Position numbers and translations under genes: made by a program
Shown: positions 9,118 to 20,600 of the stretch, one piece after another
Layout of the letters: each line of letters opens with the position of its first letter
Numbering within the stretch: position 1 is the first letter of the stretch
Origin: Zootoca vivipara
Lineage: Eukaryota
Assembly: GCF_963506605.1 (NCBI RefSeq)
Contig: NC_083279.1
Location: 52,886,001 to 52,950,000, forward strand
DNA: 64,000 nucleotides
Direction of reading: 5' to 3'
The notes under the pieces: generated by a model
Seen by the model: the letters and a program-made list of their open reading frames with translations, nothing else
What the model was told of the DNA's origin: nothing
The model's database searches: none

Positions 9118-9308
9118 CCAATGGGGAATTCGGGCGGGAGCTCTTTAAACCAATAAATTGAGGTATATTATCCGACACAGTAATTTGCTATATTCTGTGT
9201 ATAATATCCAGCACCAATGGGGAATTCAAGCGGGAGCTCTTAAACCAATAAATTGAGGTATATTATCCGACGCAGTAATTTGCTATATTCTGTGTATAAT
9301 ATCCAGCA
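9118..9308. repeat. Tandem duplication (96 + 95 bp) in the element leader
   Basis: ccaatggggaattc...tataatatccagca at 9118-9213 and 9214-9308, with a few substitutions and a 1-bp indel. Confidence 0.95.
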
Positions 9309-9805
9309 AAATATCAGACGTGACCAAGATATACAAACACATATAATAACTCGTGAAAACAGCGGACCAATTACACTGGAGGACTGTAGAGGTAACCCCA
9401 ATCAGTCCGAAAAGGCCATGAGCCGTGCGCAAGGGGGGCTACTAGCCTTCACAACTTGTGATGATATACTACCCCTACCGATGTAAATTGCAGCACAGCT
9501 TGAGCTAAAGTACGAATGGCTAAATACTTTCTTAAAGCAACGCAAGCAGTTTAATTGAAAGCCACAACCACCCAACGGAAACAAATAGCGACTGCCAAAG
9601 AGTAGTGGGTACCAAATACTATAAAGCGTTCCTCCCCGAGTTTGGCAGACGTGGGGGGGGTGCGCGGCTCTCAAAGCAGAAGAGTGCGCGTAATTATCGC
9701 AAGCGGCGAGCTACACAAGAGGGCTGGTAGAGGGGGGAGGGGCCGTGTCCGCTCACAAATGGACTTTTTCTCGGGCCAGGCAGCAGCCGCTAGGGGCGAC
9801 CCTCT

Positions 9806-10013
9806 CAAGATGGCCGCCGAAACAATGACGCGCAGCCGCACTCAAGATGGCGATCGGGCCGGGCAGCTGATACCTGCGCCGAACTCCCCCAAAATGGCGG
9901 CCGAAAAAGGATCGCACGAGCGCACACTAAGCGGTGATCGGGCCGGGCAGTAATGACACACACACAAAATGGCCGCCGAGGCAGGACACGTGGCCGCGCA
10001 CAAAATGGCGGCC
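9806..10013 (+). promoter_or_regulatory. Cluster of five YY1-like motifs CAA(G/A)ATGGC
   Basis: Motifs start at 9806, 9843, 9890, 9965 and 10001; two match CAAAATGGCGGC fully; all in the same orientation within a CpG-rich stretch. Confidence 0.65.
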
Positions 10014-10627
10014 GTAGCTATGGTGACTTCCCCAAACAAGCCCCCGAACTTAAAGAAGAATCCCGCCGGGCTGCCACCCAAAAGCCCGCCCAGGAAAGGA
10101 GGAGATCCCCAGTACGTTACCGCGTCTTGCAGAAAATGCCGGGCGCTATCGCCGCGCCAGGAGAGGTGCGGCACGCGACAGAGTGCTCCAGCGCCGAAGC
10201 GCCAGGCGGGCAGCAGCCGCGAGATCGTGCGAGGTCCGCCAACAGGGGAGGCGACGTTGCCACGCCGATCCGGATCGCCTGAGAAGCCTCGCTATGCTGG
10301 GCGCGGGGGGAACGGCCCTCGTTGGAGTGAAGCGAGGGTTCGATGCGGCTCAGAACGGGGAGAAGCAGCGCGATGAGGAGCGCAGGGAAGCGGCTCCTTG
10401 CGGCAAACGGTCGCGCCGATGCGGGGGCTCGCGGCGCGGCTCGCGAAGGGCAATATCCGGGAGGCGACGCAGTGAGGCAGAATGGAGATCGCGGGCGGTA
10501 GAAGCGACGTTCGAGCGTGGAAAATGCGTGGAATCTCTGGCGGTCCAGTAGCCGAGTGCCGGTGCCGGCAGACGCGCCCGAGCAGCCCCGCAAGGGGTAG
10601 CCTCGCTGTGATCCCGGCGAAGGGGAT

Positions 10628-10716
10628 GTGGCGTTTAAAAACGCCGTTGGAGAGATTTCAGCTGTGACCTAAAGGGAAGAAGTGGCGTTTAAAAACGCCG
10701 TTGGAGTGATTTCAGC
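10628..10716. repeat. Two 35-bp direct repeats each containing the palindrome GGCGTTT-AA-AAACGCC
   Basis: 10628-10662 and 10682-10716, one mismatch, 54-bp period. Confidence 0.9.
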
Positions 10717-10729
10717 CGATGCAGCGATC

Positions 10730-10953
10730 AGAAAAGGTAAGGTGAATCCGAAGGTAAGAGGGCGAGACGCTGTCGGGGGCTCGCCTATATAGGCATGGCA
10801 GCCCCTCCCAGCGCGCCCCGATTGGACGCGCCGCAGGCGAGCCCCCGGCAGAAGCCGACCAATGGGCTGGGGGGAATGCTGGCCATTCCCCCCCTGCGAG
10901 AGTCTCGCGTGCAGCCCACAACTCCTCCTCCCTTTAAGCCGGGAAGAGGCTTT
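10730..10953 (-). repeat. Split direct repeat A1 (5' terminus, 224 bp)
   Basis: Appears identical to 3431-3654. Confidence 0.95.
10783..10863 (-). promoter_or_regulatory. Putative Pol II promoter in repeat A (TATA, two CCAAT boxes, GC-rich)
   Basis: TATATA at 10786-10791 inside palindrome GCCTATATAGGC; CCAAT on minus at 10821-10825 and on plus at 10859-10863; pyrimidine-rich initiator-like sequence about 30 nt downstream. Duplicated in A2. Confidence 0.65.
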
Positions 10954-11624
10954 TTCTTTCTGCCCTTTAGAGTTGTTTGGTCTAGCTGGCATTGCGGGAT
11001 GTCAGCACGTGTGAAGTGCTATATTTTAGAGTAAGCATTGGCAAACATCACTTGATATTTTGCTGAAATTTCACGCAACCTTCCAGGAGCACCTCTTTGA
11101 AACTCATTGCAATGAGTTACTAACATGGCTACTTGTAGGCATGTTGTATATCTAAGCAGATGGGTTCCATGTGTAGCTAAGAGAGACCATGGAGAGTAGC
11201 TTTGTATAAGTACCAGGAGATGCTTATAAAAGACACAGTGCTGCTAATGTGATTTGAAGGTATGAGTGCATTTGTAGCTCACATTTATGTAATAAGTGTA
11301 ACACAGCACTCTGTGTATTTTCAGGACCCCAAACTGTCTTTCCACACATTGCAGAGTTTACTTTTCCGAACACATTAAAAGTCATCAGATGTTGCCTTTG
11401 GAGGAGACAAAGTGCTTAAGTCCCCTAGTAACAAAGTAGTCTCTTTTTGCCACTGTGCAGTTCAATTCTCTCCATGCTTATTCAGAATTAAGTCCCACTC
11501 ACTTGAGCTTATTCCCAGAATGTGCACACAGGACTGAAGTCTAAATGTACTCTCATAGAGGCATACACACAGAGAAGGCACAATCTTTTCCCAATCTACT
11601 ACCCTTCTGAGAAAAACCCCAACC

Positions 11625-11745
11625 CACCCTCCCACTATATATAAGGGTTTGGTGACTTCTGTTTCAGTGTATCTGAAAAAGTGTGCATGCACATGAAAGA
11701 TCATACCTATGACAAACTTAGTTGGTCTCTAAGGTGCTACTGGAC
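11625..11745 (+). mobile_element. Penelope-like element terminal fragment
   Basis: Same motif as 1306-1372 with extra upstream sequence (tatataagggtttggtgacttc...). Confidence 0.55.
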
Positions 11746-12238
11746 AATTTATTTATTTATTTTAAATCTTTTTCTTGTTCACTAATTGCATAGTATGGTA
11801 TGTTAACTATAACTTCTAAAATGAAACTTCAGATGAAAATCCCTGCTGGAAAAGTAATAAAAAGTCTTCATTTTATTATTGAACTCTGATAATGCTTCTT
11901 GCTTTCCTGGATGGAAGACAAGAGAGGGTTGTGTGAGAATGCAGGTAATGTAATATTCACATTCAAGTGGCCAGTAGACGCCAGAAGCTTTCCTAAATGG
12001 CAATGTGGCCCTCAGACTAAAAAAGGCTACTCATCCCTGAAATTGATAAATGAAGGCAATAATTTTAAACCAGTTCCCATATATTTACAAGGCAATTTAT
12101 GGGCCAAAGTTCTTAGAAATAAAAATGTATTTGCATATTGACGCAAGGTCATTGGAGAGTTCTGGCTTAAAATTACCATTTGTCACCAGTAGAGGCAGCA
12201 GTGAGTCAACTCTATTATCAAAACTGTAGGGTTTACAA

Positions 12239-12614
12239 CATGGGTAGGCAAACTAAGGCCCGGGGGCGGATCTGGCCCAATCACCTTCTAAATCCGGCCC
12301 GCGGATGGTCTAACACCGAATATAAATTACAATAAAACATAATAGAAAAAAAAACAGTTTATTAAAATACGGCTTAAAATAGAATGTGTCCTTTTATTTA
12401 AAATGCATTTAAAATGCATCTCTGGGTTATTTGTGGGGCCTGCCTGGTGTTTTTACATGAGCAGAATGTGTCCTTTTATTTAAAATGCATCTCTGGGTTA
12501 TTTGTGGGGCATAAGAATTCATTCATTTTCTCTATCTTCAAAATATAGTCTTGTCCCCCGCAAAGTCTGAGGGGCAGTGGACCAGCCCCCTGCTGAAAAG
12601 TTTGCTGACCTCTA
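12239..12614. mobile_element. hAT-type MITE (same family as 1020, opposite orientation, internal duplication)
   Basis: catgggtaggcaaac ... gtttgctgacctcta; 8-bp TSD gtttacaa (12231-12238 / 12615-12622). Confidence 0.88.
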
Positions 12615-13600
12615 GTTTACAATGACCCATCCAGCCTGAAAGACAGCAGAAGAGTCGCCAGATAGGTTGTAATGATCGAGGGGTTGTCTCAGTTGGCTGA
12701 AGCATCAAAAAGGCACTGTAGCCACAGTGGACACAATCCAAGATTGGTCCCAGAGTAGCCTCTAAGTATGCTTGTGATCTTTGAAGGGGAGCATGAGCCA
12801 TCCACATGATGTCAAATCGACATCTCAGTCTTGTCTGGACTGAGGTTGAACTCATTGATTTTTCATTCAAAGATGCCAACTTTGATATAAAAGAAAAGTG
12901 TCAGGGGGTGTTGTCCCACTCCCATTACAACAAGCTGTGGTCATTTCCTTCCTTTTGCTACACCCGAACAACTTTTCCTGGGAAAAGAATTCTGTCATTT
13001 CCATTAGGAAGATGATTGACCGAAGCCAATTCCTCTCATGAGCCAAGTCAGGACATCAGAATGACAACTTGATAGTGTTCATAGCGTGTCACAATTTATC
13101 TAGCTAAGATTTCCTGAAATGGCAGTTCCTGTTTTAGCTAGATCATGTAATACCGAAACACCATATAGTAGTCTGATGGGAGGAAAAATGCAGTGTTCAC
13201 CAAGAGAAGCTTTGCAAAAAGATATTTAAAAGGCACACAACAAAAGAGGAACTGAACATTGATTGCAGATAGGGATGGAATTTTTGGAAAATCTCGAACT
13301 TATTTCCACTATATTATGAACAATCCTTACATATTATATGAATTACTATATGTATGACACTATATACATATCATAAGCCTCCGCACACCAAGTTTCTTAA
13401 TGTAACCAGCACATCAACCATTATTATGATTGTATATATATGAGTATGTATTGATGTATGTATATCTATAAAGATGCTGCAGAAATATAGTACATGAGGC
13501 CTGTCTCTTTTATACATATTACAAGTGCAATATACTCTTTTTCACATATTGTGCATAATTAATCATCCATAATTTTGCTACACCCAAACATATGGGTTAA

Positions 13601-13963
13601 TGTCACGATCGTGGGGTGGTTGCTCACAAGTAACGACACCGGACTCCCACCTGTCTTTTAACAGGTTTATTGGGTTTCGACCCCAGCATAAGAACTTGGG
13701 CACCCCCAGCCTCCGCCTCCCCTCTTTAAAGCCTCTGCGCAACTGGGGCGACGGAAGTAGCGTCTCCCTCTCTGAGACCTCTTGGCTGAGGTGGTGCGAT
13801 GGCTCAGACCTAACATCCTGGAGCTGCCTCCCTCTCCTCCCTGCTGGAGGTTTGGCTGCTCTCCTGGCTGGACGAGGTACTGCTGGAGAGAAGGGGCCGA
13901 GGCTCCCTGTAATCTGCTCTCCGGTTCCCCTCCTCCCGCAGACCCCGTGGAAGCCCCCTGACA
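13601..13963 (-). mobile_element. Solo LTR (363 bp)
   Basis: TGTCA...TGACA termini, 5-bp TSD gttaa (13596-13600 / 13964-13968), AATAAA on the minus strand, GC-rich. Confidence 0.88.
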
Positions 13964-14029
13964 GTTAAAAACAATTTGGTGGTCACTTGGCATGTAACAA
14001 AATAGTTTTAAATATATTGTAAACCTAGC

Positions 14030-14403
14030 TGCTTTTGAATAATGGTGCTGGGGGAGACTCCTGAGAGTCCCATGGACTGCAAGAAGATCAAACCTATCCA
14101 TTCTGAAGGAAATCAGCCCTGAGTGCTCACTGGAAAGACAAATCCTAAAGCTGAGGCTCCAATACTTTGGCCACCTCATGAGAAGAGAAGACTCCCTGGA
14201 AAAGACCCTGATGTTGGGAAAGATGGAGGGCACTAGCAGAAGGGGACAACAGAGGACGAGATGGTTGGACAGTGTTCTCGAAGCTACCAACATGAGTTTG
14301 ACCAAACTGCAGGAGGCAGTGGAAGATAGGAGTGCCTGGCGTGCTCTGGTCCATGGGGTCACGAAGAGTCGGACACGACTAAGCGACTAACAACAACAAC
14401 AAG
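14030..14403 (+). mobile_element. 5'-truncated Bov-B (RTE) LINE
   Basis: Encodes MRREDSLEKTLMLGKMEG...RWLDSV...WRALVHGVTKSRTRL; (CAA)n tail; TSD cctagctgc (14024-14032 / 14404-14412). Confidence 0.95.
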
Positions 14404-15376
14404 CCTAGCTGCCATGTGAAGTTTCTGCTTTCAGCCTATATGATTCCATATACCAAAAATGAGGAATCTGTTGTCGGGTTACAGCTCCTGTATCCCTGCT
14501 GGGACTGAAGAGAGGACCACAGTTTTCCCATTCCTGCTTTACGTGTATTGCTGCTTGAGCTCCTTTGAGATTTCTGTCACATCTGTCTTTACAGCTCCGT
14601 AATTTAAAAAATAAAATTAGCTGAAATAAGTCACAGCCAGTTACCAGTAGTTATAATGATGTAAAAATGAGAGAAAATCATATGGGAAAAAGATCTGTAC
14701 CTGAGAGGTACAGTTCTCATTTCTTGTTCTTTACGTACTTTCTAAATGTTACTCTGTTTTCTATAATGAATTGAACAGGAAACTCTACCCTTTCCTTTGA
14801 ATGACTCATGATGTAATGTAGTTACAGATTAGGAGGGACACAATTTGACCAATGTGTTACAAGGCAATTTGCAAAGGCTTTGCCCAGTTCCTCACATTTG
14901 CCTTAGTGGAAATATCACACTACATCATTTGTGCTAAAATTAGAACATGCGTAGAGGGTTGGTGCCACCTAACACATTTATGGCTGTATCTTTGCTGTTT
15001 AGAACTTTATCTTTTATTTTCTAGGAGCATGAATGTCTAAAAATGTTTTTGCTCAATTGAAGTCAAGGGCTTAGAAAATAAATTTCATGGTACAGTAAGT
15101 GACTCAGGACTACATAATTTTTGCATTTTTGTGGACAACCCCCCCCCAAAAAAACCTTTTACTAAACGTTATCTGCAAAACATCCTGCAGAATTTTTTTT
15201 TGTAGGACTAATTTAAAAGAACAAAGTTCCATGGGAAGCGGGATGGATTGTTAAATCACTTTGAGAATTCTAGCTTTGTGAGGGGAATAAGCCTTTCCTA
15301 ATAACTTTCAGCACCTTTAACAGACTACAGTTCCCAGGATTCTTTGAGGGAAACCATGTCTGTTTAAAGTACTGTA

Positions 15377-15975
15377 CAGTAGTACCTTTGTTCTCAAACG
15401 TCTTGGTACTCAAACAACTGGGAACCCAAACACTGCAAACCTGGAAGTAAGTGTTCTGGTTTGTGAACTTTTTTTCAGAAGCTGAAAGCATAGCTGCCAA
15501 GTTTTCCCTTTTCTCGCGAGGAAGCCTATTCAGCATAAGGGAAAATCCCTTTAAAAAAGGGATAACTTGGCAGCTATGTGAACGTGCTCCGTTTTGAGTG
15601 TTATGCTTCCAATTTGAGTGCCACACTTCTGTTTTGAGTGTTACGCTGAGGTCTGTCCGTTTTTGCTATTTATTTTGCGTTTTTGTTTTTGCGGCTCTTT
15701 TTTGTTTTGTTTTTGTGACTGTGTGGAACCCAGTTCAGCTACTGATTGATTGATTGTGTGACTGCAGTACATTGTTTATTGCTTTCATTATAATGGTCTT
15801 GTTAGACAGTAAAATCATGTTAAATTGCTGTTTTAGGGGTTGTTTTTAAAAGTCTGGAATGGATTAATCCATTTTTGCATTACTTTCTATGGGAAAGAGT
15901 GCCTTGGTTTTGGAACACTTTGGTTTTGGAACGGACTTCTGGAACGGATTAAGTTTGAGAAGCAAGGTACCACTG
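15377..15975. mobile_element. Tc1/mariner (Tigger/pogo-like) MITE
   Basis: TA-cagtagtacctttgttctcaaac ... gtttgagaagcaaggtaccactg-TA; TA TSD. Confidence 0.85.
15489..15578. mobile_element. 90-bp hAT MITE nested in the Tigger-like MITE
   Basis: TIR catagctgccaagtt / aacttggcagctatg; near-identical to 53779-53868. Confidence 0.88.
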
Positions 15976-16080
15976 TAGTATGATACTGCTTTAAATGTTA
16001 AGTGTAGATGGGGCCAAACACTGCACTTACTTGGGTGTAAGCCCCATTGAATTCAATAGGATTTACTTCTGAGTAAATAT

Positions 16081-16432
16081 GGGACCCAGGTGGCGCTGTG
16101 GTTAAACCACTGAGCCTAGGGCTTGCCAATCAGAAGGTCAGCGGTTCGAATCCCTGTGACGGGGTGAGCTCCCGTTGCTCGGTCCCAGCTCCTGCCAACC
16201 TAGCAGTTCGAAAGCACGTCAAAGTGCAAGTAGATAAATAGGAACCGCCACAGTGGGAAGGTAAACGGCGTTTCCATGTGCTGCTCTGGTTTGCCAGAAG
16301 CGGCTTTGTCATGCTGGCCACATGACCTGGAAGCTATACGCCGGCTCCCTCGGCCAATAATGCGAGATGAGCGCGCAACCCCAGAGTCGGTCACGACTGG
16401 ACCTAATGGTCAGGGGTCCCTTTACCTTTACC
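16081..16432 (+). mobile_element. Sauria SINE, full length
   Basis: gggacccaggtggcgctgtgg...ccctttacctttacc; TSD taaatat(gg). Confidence 0.93.
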
Positions 16433-17001
16433 TAAATATGGTTAGGAGACTCTCCAATACATAGATTTTCAAACTAAACATTGATGGTCATGCAGTTCGA
16501 AGTGTTTGGCTCTTTTACATTGCATCTTTTTTGAAAAATGTAGTGCATGAACAATGCAAAGTTATTTGAACTGGATTGTATTTCCCCAAAGACATGCCAA
16601 ACACTTTCAAATAAAAGCCACAAGTACCATAATAATTAGTTTTTATCTGATTAAACAAACTGCAAAGAATGGATTGTATGTTTTGTTTCTGAAACCTTAA
16701 CAGAAGAGAAGAACAAGAGGTATATCAGATTATATTTACTGGCTTCCATGATAAAGTTTATACACATTTTAAATTGCCTGTGTGATTACTTTTTCTGGAT
16801 CATACTGAAGAACCACACGTTACTTACATCAGTGAAATTTGCTAACTGGGCAGATATTATCCCTTAATATGACCTTAATATTAATATTATCCCTTAATAT
16901 GACCTTTTTGGGTTTTTTGGCAATATGATTATCTGCTATTCTCATGCTTTTTCACATTCCTGTATTTTCACTGCATAAATCTGGACTATTTCCATACTAC
17001 T

Positions 17002-17600
17002 TTGTTGTTGTTGTTTGTTTAGTCGTTTAGTCATATCCGACTCTTCGTGACCCCATGTACCAGAGCACGCCAGGCACTCCTGTCTTCCACTGTCTCCCGC
17101 AGTTTGGTCAGATTCATGTTGGTGGCTTCGAGGACACTGTCCAACCATATCATCCTCTGTCATCCCTTGTGCCCTCCATCTTCTCCAACATCAGGGTCTT
17201 TTCCTGGGAGTCTTATCTTCTCATGAGGTGGCCAAAGTATTGGAGCCTCAGCTTCAGGATCTGTCCTTCCAGTGAGCACTCAGGGCTGATTTCCTTCAGA
17301 ATGGATAGGTTTGATCTTCTTGCAGTCCATGGGACTCTCAAGAGTCTCCTCCAGCACCATAATTCAAAAGCATCAATTCTTCGGCGATCAGACTTCTTTA
17401 TGGTCCAGCTCTCACTTCCATACATCACTACTGGGAAAACCATAGCTTTAACTATACGGACCTTTGTCGGCAAGGTGATGCCTCTGCTTTTTAAGATGCT
17501 GTCTAGGTTTGTCATTGCTTTTCTCCCAAGAAGCAGGCGTCTTTTAATTTCATGACTGCTGTCGCCATCTGCAGTGATCATGGAACCCAAGAAAGTAAAA
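17002..17600 (-). mobile_element. 5'-truncated Bov-B LINE
   Basis: Encodes EIKRRLLLGRKAMTNLDSILKSR...IDAFELWCWRRLLRVPWTARRSN...YFGHLMRR; (TTG)n on plus; TSD atactact (16994-17001 / 17601-17608). Confidence 0.95.
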
Positions 17601-20600
17601 ATACTACTAAATTTATTTATATCCAGCCCTCCCCAGGGTGGCTAACATCAAAATATATAATACATTAAAACATAAAATCCATCGATCGACTGAAATAAAG
17701 CTTAAAATCAGATTTTATTGAAGGACATGCTGCCCCAAAGAGCACGGTAGAAGTTTAACCACAAGACTAATTCATATTTTGAAAAGAAATGGGACTGAAG
17801 TAAGAATCCTATCCTATTCCACCTCTCAAATCACCTATCCTAACACTTGCATACACTCCCACCACAAGCCAGATTATAATGGCCTAATTTATACATCTGT
17901 ATTATGTCCTCTTTCCCTCATTTTTTTTTCTAAGCTAACCCCCTCCATCAATGGTCTAACTGTTCTTCATATAGGAGTTGCACCATCTCCTTTTGATTGC
18001 TCTTTCCTGGACCTTTTTCAGCTCTACACATATGGCAACCTGCGTTCACTAGTAGATCAGAAATTACTTGCAGGCCCAATCTGTGCACAAATCAAAGCAT
18101 GGGCCTGAAGTGCTCTGCTTTTCTGTGCTCCATTTCTAGAGTGTGGCAGCAGGAGGTTAGACACAAATACTGTACAAAATGTTGATTAGGGCAGCTGATT
18201 CAAGGTTACTCAACCAGCTACTTGTGTGAATGTGGCCTTGAAAACAGTGTCCTTTTGCTGAAACTTCTATTGAAACAGGGATTTATATGCAGAATCAAAT
18301 CAGGTGCATTATCTGTTATTTCCTTTAACAAGCCATTTATTTTACATTGTAGCCATGGCAATACTTGGCAAGAGTGCTGTTATAGTGAATGTGTTTATTG
18401 AATTATCCTTGTGGTTTCATAACAGTTCAGTTTCTAGAATATGCAGTTTTACAGGAAGGAAAGTTGGGCCCAGGGAGGATAAATGAAAACTGCAATATGT
18501 GATCATGTCAACAGATGAAGGAACACTTTGAATAATTGAGGTAACAGCTGAAAAATAGGTCCGTGAAGGTGTTTGGAGTTTGTCCCAACAAATTCCAATG
18601 GGGTGGGGTTTAGAAGTGCAGCACAGGCTTCCTTCTTAAGTTTAGTCTTACATTCAATTCATTATCAAGGAGGCATAGCTGTTTCAAGGCATGACCCTGA
18701 ATGACATAACCATTGATAAGTTCAGTGATCATGTCTGAACATAAATTGTGAATGTTGACATTCACACTAAAGGACATTTGATAAAATCACAGATGCGCTT
18801 TAAAATAAAGATTGAAAAGAAGAAGAAAAAGACTGCGGCAAAATTCATTTTAATTTATTTGTCACCAGTAAAGGCTCCTCTTTTGAGGAGGTTCGTGGGG
18901 TTTTCCTATTCTGTCTTCACAACCACCTAGCAAGCTAAGTAAGGCTTGTTTATGGAGCGTTTATGGTTAAAGAAAACACAGTAAAGAAAGAGAACTTATG
19001 GTAGATTTCTCAGCTGAAAGAAAAGGGCGTCAGCAACCTGGTATCCTCGAGAAGATTTGGACTGTAGCCCCCATCAGCCCCCAAACAGAGGCCCCAGTTT
19101 GGCAACGGCTGATTTAGAAGAAGTACATACCAGCAAGCTGAATGCTCGTTCAGCTGTTATTCTTAACCCCCACTCCCCACTCATTTCAGACAGGCTGCCT
19201 GCTTTTAATTTTCACATTAAAAGCCATGAGTACATATCCACACATATCTCTTGCTGTAATAAATTCATCAATAGAAATAGTAATGTTATCCTTTTTTTAA
19301 AAAAAGCACAAAACTGCTCCAGAATTTGCAGAGGACAGTGAGGTTAATCGGGGACATCACAGAGCAGTATCCAATGAGTGCTGTCCACAGATAGGATCAG
19401 TTGCAAACTTGCAGAACTTGTTTTCTTCGCACAGATGAAACCAAGACGAGCACTTCCAAATCATGCTGCCCTCTGCTTTTAAAGTGTCTTGTCAGTCTGA
19501 CCCCAGCACTTTAAGAGAGTTTTCTAATCCAGAGAAAAGAGCAAAAGTGAAACTGACGTCTAAATGTGGCTGACTCTAGCTTACCTGATACAACCACTAG
19601 TTTTCCCATCACTGTGGGGAGGCTGACCATTTTACCAAAATCAGTGCCTGACATGTGGTAAAATTCTCAGCACCACATGCTTCAGAAGTCCAATCTGTCC
19701 AGGGTGTGAGGACTCATTTTGGAGTGCTTTGGTGATTTGTATGGGTTCCATCCATAACTGAACTTTATGAACTGTCATGGATTCTGTCTGACCCACATAG
19801 TGTACTTGAGTCGCTGGACCAGTTTGCCTCTGAATGATGTGGAATCCAGGCAGACCCCATGGGACCAATCACTTTACATGATGGGGAAGTTTGGTACCAT
19901 CTCTTCCACATTAATCATGTGCCTGGCCAAATGGGATCAGTGGGAGAGCATCATCCTGCCACCATTATGGGCTGTTGAGAACTTGATTGTGTTGAAATAG
20001 TGCAGATCCAAAAACAACAGGAGTAGAAGAAGCCATGTTTATTACCACCTACAGCATAGGGTTCTTGGAGGGTCATGTTTTCATCAAACCCTTTCATTAA
20101 TGCTTTGAGAAATGTAACTCAAAGTAGCCCGTTGTCAGATGGTGCTGAGTTTTGCTATTAGAACCTTTATGCATGGGAATGGGTCACAAGATTCTGGTTG
20201 TAAAGCCATAAAGAAGCTTTTAGACACCTATGATATTACACCACAGTCATCACTTCTTTGACTGTAAATTTTAAATGCTCAAGGATCAGACCTTTTCCCT
20301 TCCTTCCTGGCCCCTCCAAAGATTCTCATTAATTTCAGCTGTCACCACAGTGTCCAAACCCTTTTAAATCCAGGGTAGATCAGATAATTCTGATAGCTGC
20401 AGTATGATGCATATCCTGTTTCAAATCATCTCTGCTCCAGAGAAAACAGGATAAGTGAAAATGAGGTCTAAATGTGATTGCCTTTTTATACATGTGTTCT
20501 TCCAAAAAAGTAGCCTCTGACTGAGAATACTTCACACTTCCACATTTGTATCTATGCAACTTGTTTCTACTGCATGTCTTCACATTTTCAGAGAAAGATG

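Larger units (their letters stand above)
2863..10953 (-). mobile_element. Full-length Ngaro-type tyrosine-recombinase retrotransposon (DIRS order) with SGNH hydrolase ORF
   Basis: Split direct repeats A1...B1-A2-spacer-B2; ORFs for gag, RT/RNase H, YR and SGNH; no methyltransferase, protease or DDE integrase; no TSD; sharply more GC/CpG-rich than the flanks. Confidence 0.95.

Noticed and set aside
9842-10667. 100-160 aa ORFs in the GC-rich leader as annotated genes
   Set aside because: Low-complexity R/A/G/P-rich translations expected from high GC; no motifs. Only the 9969 ORF is noted, speculatively, in a finding.
12185-12200. CTCF-like motif ccagtagaggcagc (similar near 42168)
   Set aside because: Imperfect match; cannot be supported without binding or conservation data.
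13667-14362. 231-aa minus-strand ORF and similar ORFs at 17055, 37144 and 63448
   Set aside because: Antisense read-through of Bov-B and LTR fragments, not host genes.
16854-16906. 23-bp local duplication atattatcccttaatatgacctt
   Set aside because: Ordinary slippage or repair duplication; two copies only, not a CRISPR-like array.
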